Of a stretch of 64,000 nucleotides of DNA, positions 30,464 through 41,058 are shown piece after piece. How positions within the stretch are numbered: the stretch's first letter is position 1; each line of letters starts with the position of its first letter. Made by a program: the position numbers and the translations under genes. Source of the stretch: an uncultured delta proteobacterium. GTDB lineage: Bacteria > Myxococcota > Myxococcia > Myxococcales > Anaeromyxobacteraceae. The notes beneath the pieces are model-generated. The model made no database searches. It saw only the letters and a program-made list of their open reading frames with translations, and was not told where the DNA came from. Location: contig CAVYBH010000013.1 of NCBI GenBank assembly GCA_963766715.1, positions 96,001 to 160,000 of the forward strand, read 5' to 3'.

Positions 30464-31600
30464 ATTCCGCCGCTGAGCCCCGACCGCGTGGTCGTCGTCG
30501 ATGACGACGTCCTCATCCTTCGAAACCTGAAGCGCATCCTCGAGAGCGCCGGGTTCGAGGTGCGCACCTACTCGACGCCCGAGGAGGCGCTGGCCAGGCT
30601 GGACACCGACCGCCCCACGGTCATCATCTCCGACTACATGATGCCGGGGATGGACGGCATCGCGCTCCTGCAGCAGGCGCGGGAGAAGGTGCCCGGCGCG
30701 GCTCGCGTCCTCTGCACCGCCGCCGAGGACTTCCGCATCGCCCTCGACGCCGTGAACTCGGGCGAGGTCTACCGGATCATCTCCAAGCCCTGGCACAACC
30801 AGGAGGTGGTGACCACCGTCGCGCAGGCCGCCGACGGGGCCCGCCTGCGCCGGGAGAACGAGCGGCTCACCATCCAGGTGCAGCAGCAGAACGACAAGCT
30901 GCGGGAGCTCAACCTCCGGCTCGAGGAGCGGGTGCGCGAGCGCACCGAGGCGCTCCTCGGCGGGCTCATCGCGGCGCTCGACTACCGCGACGCCGAGACC
31001 CAGTGGCACTCGCGGCGCGTCTCGCTCTACGCGCGGCGCCTCGCGCTGCAGCTCGGCGTGGCCGAGCCGGACCTGACCACCATCGAGCACGGGGCGCTGC
31101 TCCACGACATCGGCAAGATCGGCATCCGCGACCGCGTGCTCCTGAAGCCCGGCCCCCTCGACGCCAACGAGTGGAAGGAGATGAAGCGCCATCCGGAGCT
31201 GGGGTGGGAGCTGCTCCGCCGGGTCGAGTACCTCAAGAGCGCGTCGGTCATCGTCCTCGAGCACCAGGAGAAATGGGACGGCACCGGCTACCCGGGGGGC
31301 CTGAAGGGGGACGACATCCTCATCGGCGCCCGGGTGTTCCACGTGGTCGACGCCTACGACGCCATCACCAGCGACCGTCCCTACCGCAAGGCCCGGGGGT
31401 ACACCGAGGCCCGGTCGGAGATCGTCCGCTGCCGCGGCCAGCAGTTCGACCCGCGCGTGGTCGACGCCTTCCTCGACATCCCCGAGGAGGAGTGGCGCCG
31501 CATCAGCATCGACGTCGAGCAGTACGCCATCCTCTCCACGGAGATGGCCGAGCGGCCGCCGGGGACGGCCAGCGGACCCATGCCGCTCGCCCAGGCCTGA
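30464..31600 (+). CDS. Response regulator with HD-GYP phosphodiesterase domain (start uncertain: ATT 30464 or GTG 30488)
   Basis: VVVDDD...ISDYMMPGMDG receiver; LLHDIGKIG; EKWDGTGYP; DAITSDRPYRK. Confidence 0.92.
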   Translation: MPPLSPDRVVVVDDDVLILRNLKRILESAGFEVRTYSTPEEALARLDTDRPTVIISDYMMPGMDGIALLQQAREKVPGAARVLCTAAEDFRIALDAVNSGEVYRIISKPWHNQEVVTTVAQAADGARLRRENERLTIQVQQQNDKLRELNLRLEERVRERTEALLGGLIAALDYRDAETQWHSRRVSLYARRLALQLGVAEPDLTTIEHGALLHDIGKIGIRDRVLLKPGPLDANEWKEMKRHPELGWELLRRVEYLKSASVIVLEHQEKWDGTGYPGGLKGDDILIGARVFHVVDAYDAITSDRPYRKARGYTEARSEIVRCRGQQFDPRVVDAFLDIPEEEWRRISIDVEQYAILSTEMAERPPGTASGPMPLAQA

Positions 31601-31606
31601 TCGGCG

Positions 31607-31948
31607 ATGGCGACCACCTGCTACGGCTGCGGGGCGGTGCTGCGGTTCGACGGGCCCATCGGGCGGCGCACCGCCTGCCCGGAGTGCGACGCCGACCTGC
31701 ACGCCTGCATCAACTGCCGCCACCACGACGAGTCGGCGCCCCACGAGTGCCGGGAGCCGCACGCCGACCACTACGTCGACAAGATCGCCTCCAACGCCTG
31801 CGACCTGTTCCAGCTGGGCGACGGCGCGTCGCACCGGAGGGGCTCCTCGCAGGCGGCGCGCGACCGGCTGGGCGCCCTCTTCGGGGAGGCGCCGAGGCCC
31901 GTCGAGAACCCGCGCGACGCGCTCGAGGCCCTCTTCAAGAAGAAGTGA
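31607..31948 (+). CDS. Cys-rich conserved hypothetical protein (zinc-finger-like)
   Basis: CYGC, CPEC, CINC plus two further Cys; C-terminal LEALFKKK. Confidence 0.75.
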   Translation: MATTCYGCGAVLRFDGPIGRRTACPECDADLHACINCRHHDESAPHECREPHADHYVDKIASNACDLFQLGDGASHRRGSSQAARDRLGALFGEAPRPVENPRDALEALFKKK

Positions 31949-32273
31949 TCAAGGCCGGGCGCAGGCTCTGGCCGATCCAGGCGAGATAGGGCGCGAGGCC
32001 GTCCTCCACCGGGAGGACGAGGAGCTCCGGCACCTGGTACGGGTGCAGGGCGGGGAGCCGGTCCTTCAGGGCCCGCACCAGCCGCCGCTCCGTCTTGAGG
32101 AGGACGAGCGCCTCGGCGTCGTCGTGGATCTGCCCCGCCCAGCGATAGATCGACCGCACGCCCGGCACCACGTTTCCGCAGGCGGCGAGCCCCTCCTCGA
32201 CGAGCGCGCGCGCGATGTCCGCTCCCGCCTCCGGGGACGGGACCGTGACGAGCACCACCACCGCGTCCGTCAT
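31935..32273 (-). CDS. cutA: Divalent-cation tolerance protein CutA
   Basis: LVEEGLAACGNVVPGVRSIYRW, LHPYQVPELL. Confidence 0.92.
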   Translation of the reverse strand: MTDAVVVLVTVPSPEAGADIARALVEEGLAACGNVVPGVRSIYRWAGQIHDDAEALVLLKTERRLVRALKDRLPALHPYQVPELLVLPVEDGLAPYLAWIGQSLRPALITSS

Positions 32274-32307
32274 CTGGCCTCCCGGCGAGACGTCGCCCCG
32301 GACATCG

Positions 32308-33465
32308 TCACATCCCCGAGCCGCGGGAGATGATCTCCTTCATGATCTCGGAGGTCCCGCCGGCGATGGGGAGCAGGCGCAGGTCGCGCCAGGCCCGGGC
32401 CACGTCGCTCTCCACCACGTAGCCCATGCCGCCGTGGAACTGCATGCAGTCGTAGGCGATGGCCTGGGCGAGGTCGCAGGCCACCAGCTTGGCCATCGAG
32501 ATCTCGCGGAGCGCCACCTGGTTCCGGGCGAAGAGGTCGCAGGCCCGGTAGGTGAGCCAGCGGGCGGCCTCGAGCCGGGAGAGGTGCTCGGCGAAGCGGT
32601 GGCGCCAGGCCTGGTAGGTGCCGATGGGGCGGCCGAACGCCTTCCGCTCCTGGCCGTACCGGATGGCGTCGTCGAGGACCAGTTGCGAGCCCGCCACGGC
32701 GGTGACCGCCGCCACCAGCCGCTCCCCCTGGAATCCGGTCATGATGTGGAAGAAGCCCTGGTTCTCCTCGCCGAGCAGGTAGCGCGCCGGGATGCGGCAG
32801 TCGTCGAAGAAGAGCACCGCCGTGTCGGAGGAGAGGTTTCCGACCTTCTCGATCTTCCGCGAGACCTGGAAGCCCTTCACGTCGGTGGGGAAGGTGACGA
32901 GCGAGATGCCCTCGTGCCCCTCCCCCCCGGTGCGGACCGCCAGGGTGAGGAAGTCCGCGCGCGCGCCGTTCGAGATCCAGGTCTTCGACCCGCTCACCAC
33001 CAGGTCGGCGCCGTCCCGGCGGGCACGGGTCCGGATGGCCGCCACGTCGCTGCCCGCGTCCGGCTCGGAGATGGCGAGCGCGGCCACCTTCTCGCCGCGG
33101 AGCGCCGGGGCGAGGAACTCCCGCTTCTGCTCGTCGGTCCCCAGCTCCCCGATGATGGGGGTCGCCATCTCCCCCTGGACCAGCATGCCGGTGCCCAGCC
33201 CGCCGTTGCGCGAACGGGTCAGCTCCTCGGCGTAGGCCACCACGTACCAGTAGTCGAGCCCCAATCCGCCCCAGGCCGGATCGTGCCGGATGCCCAGGAA
33301 GCCCATCTCGCCGAAGCGGCGGAAGAGCTGGCGGGGGAATTCCCCCTTCTCGTCCCATTCCCGGGCGTGGGGCGCGAGCTCCTTCTCGCAGAACTCGCGC
33401 ACCACCCGCCGGAAGGCCTGGTGCTCGTCGGTGAAGGGCTCGAAGGCGACGGCTGGCGCGTTCAT
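32308..33465 (-). CDS. Acyl-CoA dehydrogenase
   Basis: ALAISEPDAGSDVA, SGSKTWISNG, QFHGGMGY, IAGGTSEIMK. Confidence 0.93.
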   Translation of the reverse strand: MNAPAVAFEPFTDEHQAFRRVVREFCEKELAPHAREWDEKGEFPRQLFRRFGEMGFLGIRHDPAWGGLGLDYWYVVAYAEELTRSRNGGLGTGMLVQGEMATPIIGELGTDEQKREFLAPALRGEKVAALAISEPDAGSDVAAIRTRARRDGADLVVSGSKTWISNGARADFLTLAVRTGGEGHEGISLVTFPTDVKGFQVSRKIEKVGNLSSDTAVLFFDDCRIPARYLLGEENQGFFHIMTGFQGERLVAAVTAVAGSQLVLDDAIRYGQERKAFGRPIGTYQAWRHRFAEHLSRLEAARWLTYRACDLFARNQVALREISMAKLVACDLAQAIAYDCMQFHGGMGYVVESDVARAWRDLRLLPIAGGTSEIMKEIISRGSGM

Positions 33466-33509
33466 CGTGCCGAGTCTAGTGCTGTCCGCGCCGGAGGACG
33501 AGGCCACGG

Positions 33510-34401
33510 TCAGGGAGGCGGCGTGGCGGCTGCCCGCCATCCCAGCGCGGTGGCCCAGGTCACGCCCGCCACCGAGACGGCGATGCCCAGGAGGCCGACC
33601 GGCGTCACGGCCTCCCCCAGCACCGCCGCAGCGAGCAGGTACTGGGCGATGGGAGTGAGCTGGAGCCAGGCCGCCGCCTCCCCCACCGAGAGCGCGCCGT
33701 AGGCCTCGGTCATCAGGACCTGGGCCGCGAAGGCGGCGAGCGCCATGGCCACGGCCAGCGCCCACGGCACGAGGCCGCCCGGCCACGGGTCGAGCGCGAA
33801 GGGCAGCACCACGGGCAGCCCCGCCAGGCAGAACCAGAAGAAGATGGTGGGCGCGTTGTCGGTGCCGCGCATGGCCCGGATGACGTTGGCGCTCACCGCG
33901 GCGAAGACGGCGGCGGCGAGCGCGGCGCCCTCCCCCCAGCCGAGCCCCAGCTGGAGCGTCCCGTTGCCCAGGACGAGGACCACGCCGAGCGGTGGCGACG
34001 AGGATGGCCACCCAGAGGCGGGCCGCCGGGCGCTCCCGGAGCAGGAAGAGCGCGAGCAGCGTCGCGATGGCCGGGAAGAGGTTGTAGATCATCCCGGCCT
34101 CCCCGGCAGGGATGCGCGCGAGCGCGCCGAAGTAGAGGATGACCACCAGGCCGCCGGAGATGCCCCGGGTGACGAGCAGGCGGACGTTCCGCGGGCGATG
34201 GAGGGACGGGCGCACCGCGAAGACCGCCAGGCTGGCCGCCGCCCCCACCCCGAAGCGGACCACCGAGAGCTGGCCCGGCGTGAACCGGGCCGGGCCGGTC
34301 GCGAGCAGCCGCCCGAGCACCGCCATCACGCCGAAGCAGAGCCCCGACCCCACGAGCTCGGCGCGGGCCAGCGAGCGGGCGTGCCGGAGCGCCGGCGTCA
34401 A
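33510..34401 (-). CDS. DMT/EamA-family transporter (frameshift ~33990)
   Basis: About 10 TM segments, LLVTRGISGG, LRERP, QVLMTEAY. Confidence 0.85.
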
Positions 34402-35314
34402 GCCTCCTCCGGCTCCGGGGGGCGGCGCCCCAGGACCGACCCGTACACCACCCCTGCGATTCCCAGGGCCACGCCGGCCACGCCGATTGCCGACAGCGTC
34501 TCCCCCAGCACCGCGCCGGCCCACAGGAAGCTGGCCACGGGCGTGAGCTGCTGCCAGACCGCCGCCTCGGCCACGGTGAGCGCTCCGTAGGCCTCGGTCA
34601 TGAGGATCTGGGCCGCGAACGACACCACCCCGGCGGCGAGCGCGAAGACCCAGGCATGGAGGTGCGGTGCTCCACGGCCCGATCGGAGAGCGGCGCCGAC
34701 ACGATCAGGCCGCCCAGCGTGAAGGCGAAGAAGATGGTGGGTGCGTTGTCGGTGGCGCGCAGCGCCCGGATCGACGTCACGGCTCCGGCGCCGAGGACCG
34801 CGGACGCGATGCCCACCCACTGGCCCCAGCCCATGGCGAAGCCCGCCTGCCCGCCGCCGACCACCAGGTAGACGCCCAGGCTGGTCACGCCCAGGGCCAG
34901 CAGGAGGTGCCAGTTCGGACGTTCTCCCAGCGTGAAATAGGAGATCCCCACCGCGATGACCGGGAAGGTGTTGTTGAGGAGCGTGGCCTGGCCGGCCGGG
35001 ATGAGGGAGAGGGCGTAGAAGTAGAGCAGCGCGGCGAGCCCGCCCAGCACCCCCCGGGTCACGAGCAGGCCGCGCCGGACGGGCCGGAAGGTCCCGGGGC
35101 GGAGCCGGAACAGCGCCAGCGTGAGCACCGTTCCCACCGCGAAGCGGACCGTGGCCACCTGCGCCGCCCCGAATCCCTCCAGGGAGGCGAGGCGCGCCAG
35201 CACCGCCAGCAGGCCGAAGAGGGCCGCCGCGAGGAAGAGCAGGAGCCGGGCACGCGTCGACGCGGCCCGCCGGCCGGCAGGAGAGCCGGGCTCGGGCCGG
35301 GACGGGCTACCCAT
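34398..35314 (-). CDS. DMT/EamA-family transporter, paralog (frameshift ~34670)
   Basis: LLVTRGVLGG, LGERP, RATDNAPTIFF, QILMTEAY. Confidence 0.85.
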
Positions 35315-35774
35315 CGCGACCGAGCGAGCCGGCCTCGCGCCGGAGTGCGTCCGCGAACGCCACCGCCGCGCCGCGGGTGACCGGCCAGCGGAAGAGGGCC
35401 GCCTCCGCCCCTTCCCGCCGCGGGGCGCCCGCCGACTCGGCGAGGAAGAGGGCGAGGTCCACGCCCACCTCGGCCACCAGGAGGTCTCCCTGCCCTTCCG
35501 GCACGCCAATCTGGAGCCCGAGGGCGCCGTCCCCGGTCTGCCAGGCGAACCCGGGGACCACGCCCTGCATGAGGTCCTGGAGGGCCGCCACGAGCGCTTC
35601 CACCCCTCCAGGGGAGACGTGGACGACCGGAAGGCGGACGAGCGGCCACCACTCGCCGTCCCGGGCGTCGCGGTACTCCAGGGCGGCGGACGCGAGCACC
35701 CTCCCCCCGGCCTCGCGGGTCACCGGCTCCACGTGAAGCCGGATCACCCCGGAATCGTTGGCGAGATCGGCCAT
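35307..35774 (-). CDS. Hypothetical protein
   Basis: ORF with SD GGGAG; stop overlaps the DMT start. Confidence 0.6.
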   Translation of the reverse strand: MADLANDSGVIRLHVEPVTREAGGRVLASAALEYRDARDGEWWPLVRLPVVHVSPGGVEALVAALQDLMQGVVPGFAWQTGDGALGLQIGVPEGQGDLLVAEVGVDLALFLAESAGAPRREGAEAALFRWPVTRGAAVAFADALRREAGSLGRDG

Positions 35775-35842
35775 GAGAACCGCTCCCGTATCAGGTTTCG
35801 GTGCGGTAGCCAACGCGCCCCGCCGACGTTAAGAAGGGCCGG

Positions 35843-38729
35843 ATGAGCGAGCCCGATACCATCAGCGTCAAAGGGGCCCGCGAGCACAACCTCAAGTCGG
35901 TCGACGTCGAGATCCCCAAGAAGCGGTTGGTGGTCTTCACGGGCGTCTCCGGCTCGGGAAAGAGCTCGCTGGCCTTCGACACCCTCTACGCGGAGGGCCA
36001 GCGTCGCTACGTCGAGTCGCTCTCCTCCTACGCGCGCCAGTTCCTCGGACAGATGGAGAAGCCCCGCTACGACACGCTCCGCGGGCTCTCTCCGACCATC
36101 TCCATCGAGCAGAAGGCGGCCTCCAACAACCCGCGCTCCACGGTGGGGACCATCACCGAGGTCCACGACTACCTGCGCGTCCTCTACGCCTCGATCGGCG
36201 AGCAGCACTGCCCCTCCTGCGGACGGCGGGTGGGCAAGCAGACGGCCCAGCAGATCGTCGACTCGATCCTGGAGCTGCCGGCCGGGTCGCGCATCCTGGT
36301 GCTCGCGCCCGCTCGTGCAGAACCGCAAGGGCGAGTACCGGGACCTGCTCGGCGACGCCCACAAGCGCGGGTTCTCCCGGGTCCGCGTCGACGGCGTCTC
36401 CCACTCGCTCGAGGAGAAGCTCTCCCTCGACAAGAAGCTCAAGCACGACATCGAGCTGGTGGTCGATCGCCTGGTGGTGAAGGACGGGATCCGGTCCCGG
36501 CTCAACGACTCCGTGGAGACCGCGCTGCGCGAGGGCAAGGGCACGCTCATCGTCGCCGAGGCCGACAAGGAGCAGAAGGTGGGGCCGGGCATCGACCCGG
36601 AGGAGTACAAGAAGCACGATCGCTTCTACTCCGAGCTGAACGCCTGCCCGACCTGCGGGATCTCCTTCGGCGAGCTCGCCCCCCAGGCCTTCTCCTTCAA
36701 CAACCCGGTCGGCTCCTGCCCGGAGTGCCAGGGGCTCGGCACGCGCGCCGAGATGGACGCCGACCTCATCATCCCCGATCCCTCCCTCACCATCCGCGAC
36801 GGGGCCATCGAGCCCTGGGCGAGCGGCATGGAGCGCGGCGAGGGCTGGACCTTCGAGTTCGTCGAGCACCTCTCCCGTTCGCTGGGCATCGACCTCGACA
36901 CGCCCTGGTCGAAGCTCTCCAAGCAGCACCGCGACGTGATCCTGCTCGGCACCCAGGCCGCCGGCGTGAAGGGTTACCGCATCCAGTGGGAGGGGGTGCT
37001 GAACCAGCTGTACCGGCGCTTCAAGGCCACCGGCTCGGAGGCCATGCGCCGGTACTACATGCGCTTCTTCTCGGACAAGCCTTGCCCGGCCTGCGGAGGC
37101 GAGCGGCTCAAGGCGGAGAGCCGGGCGGTGCGCGTGCGCGGCGTGGGCATCGTCGAGCTCTCGCGAAAGACCATCCGGGAGGCCCTGGCCTGGCTGGACG
37201 GGCTGGAGATGAAGGGGGCGGAGGCCCGCATCGCCGAGGAGCTCCTCAAGGAGATCCGCAACCGGCTGCGGTTCCTCGTCGACGTGGGGCTCAACTACCT
37301 GACCCTCGACCGGCCCGGGCCCTCGCTCTCCGGCGGCGAGAGCCAGCGCATCCGGCTGGCCTCGCAGATGGGCAGCGAGCTCACCGGGGTGATCTACATC
37401 CTCGACGAGCCCTCCATCGGGCTCCACCAGCGGGACAACGGAAAGCTGCTCGCCACCCTCAAGCGGCTCCGGGACATCGGCAACTCGGTCATCGTCGTCG
37501 AGCACGACGAGGAGACCATGGAGGCGGCCGACTGGGTGGTCGACTTCGGCCCGGGCGCCGGCGAGCACGGCGGGCGCGTCGTGTCGGCCGGGACGCCCGC
37601 CCACGTGATGGAGGATCCGGCCTCGCTCACCGGCGCCTACCTGTCCGGTCGCGCCGAGATCGCCGTGCCCTCGCGGCGGCGCCCCATCGGCAAGGCGCGG
37701 ATCACCGTGGCCGGGGCCACCGAGAACAACCTGAAGGACGTCACCGTCTCGTTCCCGCTCTCCTGCTTCGTCGCGGTGACCGGCGTCTCGGGTGCGGGAA
37801 AGTCCACCCTCGTGAACGGGATCCTCCAGCCCGCGCTCACCCGCCTCCTCCACGGCGGGCGCGCGGTCCCGGGGCGGCACAAGTCGATCGTGGGCCACGA
37901 GCAGGTCGACAAGGTCATCGACATCAACCAGCAGCCCATCGGACGCACGCCGCGGTCCAACCCGGCCACCTACACCAAGCTCTTCGACCTGGTCCGGGAG
38001 GTCTTCGCGCAGACGCCGGAGGCCCGGGCGCTCGGCTACCAGCCCGGGCGCTTCAGCTTCAACGTGAAGGGAGGGCGCTGCGAGGCCTGCCAGGGCGACG
38101 GCATGAAGCTCGTGGAGATGCACTTCCTGGCCGACGTCCTCGTCCCCTGCGAGGTCTGCCAGGGCAAGCGCTTCAACGAGGCCACGCTGCGGGTCCAGTT
38201 CAAGGGCAAGAACGTCGCCGAGGTCCTCGACCTCTCGGTGCACGAGGCCACCGCCCACTTCGCCAACCACCGCGAGATCCTCCGGATCCTCAAGACGCTC
38301 GACGACGTGGGCCTGGGCTACCTCAAGCTGGGGCAGCCGTCCCCCACCCTGTCCGGCGGCGAGGCGCAGCGGATCAAGCTGTCGCGCGAGCTGGCGCGGG
38401 TCGGGACGGGGCGAACGCTCTACATCCTCGACGAGCCCACCACCGGCCTGCACTTCGACGACGTGAAGAAGCTGCTGGTGGTCCTCGACCGGCTGGTCGA
38501 CGCCGGGAACTCGGTGGTGGTCATCGAGCACAACCTCGACGTGATCAAGTCGGCCGACTGGGTCATCGACCTGGGGCCCGAGGGCGGCGAGGAGGGCGGA
38601 CGCGTCATCGCCGAGGGCACCCCGGAGGAGGTGGCCCGCGTGAAGGGAAGCTTCACCGGCCACTACCTCGGTCAGATGCTGGCCCGCCACCGCGCGCGCC
38701 ACCGCGACGGGGAGCGGGTCGGCGCCTGA
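35843..38729 (+). CDS. uvrA: Excinuclease ABC subunit A (frameshift ~36310)
   Basis: [31 protein letters not shown], two LSGGE signatures, zinc fingers. Confidence 0.97.
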
Positions 38730-38751
38730 CGCGCGACTGACGCTGACGCAC

Positions 38752-38785
38752 GAAGGCCCCGCCGGCGTCGCCGGGCGGGGCCTCG
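38752..38785. terminator. Hairpin terminator between uvrA and the convergent Cys-rich gene
   Basis: AGGCCCCGCC...GGCGGGGCCT inverted repeat. Confidence 0.65.
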
Positions 38786-38806
38786 TTCACCTGGAAGCGT
38801 GGAAGG

Positions 38807-39272
38807 CTAGGCGGCCTTCGACTTCGGGGCGTCGGGCTTCTTCTCGGTGCACTTGCACTTTTCGCCGCACTTGCAGTCCTTGGGGTCCTTCGCGCCGCAC
38901 TGGCAGGCCTCGGCGACGAGGAGGACCTTGGAGGAGGAGGCGCTGGCCTTGGGCTTGTCGCCGGCTTCTCCGTGCACTTGCACTTCGCTCGCCGCACTTG
39001 CAGTCCTTGGGGTCCTTCGCGCCGCAGTGACAGGCCTCCGCGGCGAGGAGCGTGCCGGTCGCCTGGGATGCCGAGGCCTTCTTCTCGGTGGCTGCGGGGG
39101 CCTGCTGGGCAGGGGCGGGAGCCGGCGTGGCCTTGTCGGCCTTCTTGTCCGACTTCTCGGTGGTGGTCCCGGCCTTCTTGTCGCAGTCACAGGCGAGGGC
39201 GGGGGTGGCGGCGACGAGCACGAAGGCGCCGGCGAGGCCGAGGGCGATCCGGGACATCTGCAGACGGGTCAT
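38807..39272 (-). CDS. Exported metallothionein-like Cys-rich protein (indels ~38962-38990)
   Basis: SD AAGGAG; signal peptide ending TPALA; CDC plus two copies of AEAC(H/Q)CGAKDPKDCKCGEKCKCTEK. Confidence 0.7.
38840..39050. repeat. Two near-identical ~80-bp direct repeats encoding the Cys-rich unit
   Basis: cttctc(g/c)gtgcacttgcactt...gccgcacttgcagtccttggggtccttcgcgccgca at ~38840 and ~38965. Confidence 0.9.
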
Positions 39273-39350
39273 TTGTGCGACTCCTTCATTGAGGCTGGCC
39301 ACGTCCGCCCCTTCTCGGGGAAGCGTTCGTGCAGCGGTGGACGACGGATG

Positions 39351-39378
39351 ATCCTACGAAAAACCTGAGCGGGGTCAA
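39351..39378 (-). promoter_or_regulatory. Sigma70-like promoter of the Cys-rich gene
   Basis: TTGACC-16 nt-TAGGAT on the minus strand. Confidence 0.55.
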
Positions 39379-39447
39379 GTGGACGGGCCTCATTGGGGTG
39401 TAAGCGACATTGTCCGGCGGGGGAGCCCCGTGTAGATTCCGCCTCCG

Positions 39448-40627
39448 ATGACCGTGGAAGATCCCGATCAGATCCTGGCGATGCTCCGGGACCCGAACGT
39501 CGACAGCCAGGAGGTGGCGGACCGGACCGGCCTGCCGCGCGCCGAGGCTGCCCGCGCGGCCCGCCTTCTCGTGGGGCTGGCCAAGGCCCGCCCCGAGGAG
39601 ATCGCGACCCTCCCTCCCGTCCTGTCGGGCGCGCTGCTCAAGGCGGCCCTCGACGGCGGGCGCCTCGAGGTCCTGGCCGCACTGGCCGCCTCCGGCGACA
39701 AGGCGCTCTCGAAGGAGGCCAAGCGAGGCCTCCACCTGCTCCGGACGCGCGGCGTGGCCGTGCCCGAGGCCCCGCGCGCCGCGGCGCCGGCCCCGGTCCA
39801 GGCCGCCGAGGAGGTCTTCCCCTGCTACGCCTCCTCCATCGACGGCCAGGGGGAGCGCGCCGTCTGGATCGCCCGCAACGTCCCCGGCCGCGGCGTGGAG
39901 GTCGGCCAGGCGGTGATCTCCGACGTCCACGGCCTGCTGGAGCTGCAGGTGGGCGTCCTCGGACGGAAGGAGTACCGGACCTTCGGAAAGGACATCGCCG
40001 AGCGCGGCCAGACCATGGGCGTCGGCGAGGTCGACCCGGCGCACGCGCGCGGGCTGGTCGCCGAGGCCCGCCGACAGAACGACGCGTCCGGCCGCGCGGT
40101 CCCGGAGGGAGCGGATGGCTGGCTGGCCCGCGTGGGGCCGGGAGCGACGCCTCCGGATCCCGGCTCGGCGGTTCCCCTGCCGTCCGCCGAGGCCGAGGGT
40201 GCGGCCCTGGCCTCCTCCGGCGAGCTTCACACGCTTCCCGATGCTGCGGGGCTGGCTCGCCGACGAGACCCACCTCCGCGCGCTCGCTGCGACGCTCGAC
40301 CGGCTGCAGGCCGCGAGCGTCGAGGGCGGAGCGGCCCAGCGAACCCGGGACATGGAGGCGGCCATCGCCGCCGCGCTGGAGGCCTGGCTCGACCCGGCCT
40401 GCCGGCAGCGCCTGGCCAGCCGCCTCTTCTCGGTGGCGCTCCACTTCCAGGGAATGGGACTCCCCGACCGCGCCGCCCAGGCGGCGGCCACGGCGCGCGC
40501 GCTGCTCTCCGGGGTCCCCGGCTCCGGGATTCCCTTCGCCCGGCTCATGGTCGAGAAGGCCTTCCCCGCCGGGGGGGCCACGTCCCCGGCCGCGGCCACG
40601 CCCGTCATCGGCGCGCCGCGCAGGTGA
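39448..40627 (+). CDS. Conserved hypothetical protein (frameshift ~40240)
   Basis: Native codon usage in two joined frames; first gene of the plus-strand cluster. Confidence 0.65.
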
Positions 40628-40635
40628 CGGGGACG

Positions 40636-41058
40636 ATGCCCGGGTTCCGCAATCCCGCCCCCACCGTCGACACGGTGATCCTGCTCCCGGGCGACCGGGT
40701 GGTGCTGGTGCGGCGCGCCAACCCGCCGCCCGGCTGGGCGCTCCCGGGCGGCTTCGTGGACGAGGGCGAACGGCTCGACCGGGCGGCCGCGCGCGAGGCC
40801 TCCGAGGAGACCGGCCTCGCGGTGACCCTGCTCGAGCAGTTCCACACCTATTCCGACCCGGCCCGGGACCCGCGGCGCCACACCCTCGCCACCGTGTTCC
40901 TGGCGACCGCCTCCGGCGAGCCCCGCGGGGGAGACGACGCCGCGGAGGCGCGCGCCTTCGCGTGGGACGCCCTGCCGGACCCGATCGCCTTCGACCACAG
41001 GGAGATCCTCGCCGACGTCCGGCGCTACCTCCTCACCGGCGCCCGGAGGCGGCTGTGA
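40636..41058 (+). CDS. NUDIX hydrolase
   Basis: GWALPGGFVDEGERLDRAAAREASEETGL, YSDPARDPR, IAFDH. Confidence 0.9.
   Translation: MPGFRNPAPTVDTVILLPGDRVVLVRRANPPPGWALPGGFVDEGERLDRAAAREASEETGLAVTLLEQFHTYSDPARDPRRHTLATVFLATASGEPRGGDDAAEARAFAWDALPDPIAFDHREILADVRRYLLTGARRRL

Noticed and set aside
38840..39050. Direct repeats as a mini CRISPR or guide array
   Set aside because: Only two ~80-bp copies, both protein-coding with mostly codon-preserving differences; no cas or other effector gene adjacent
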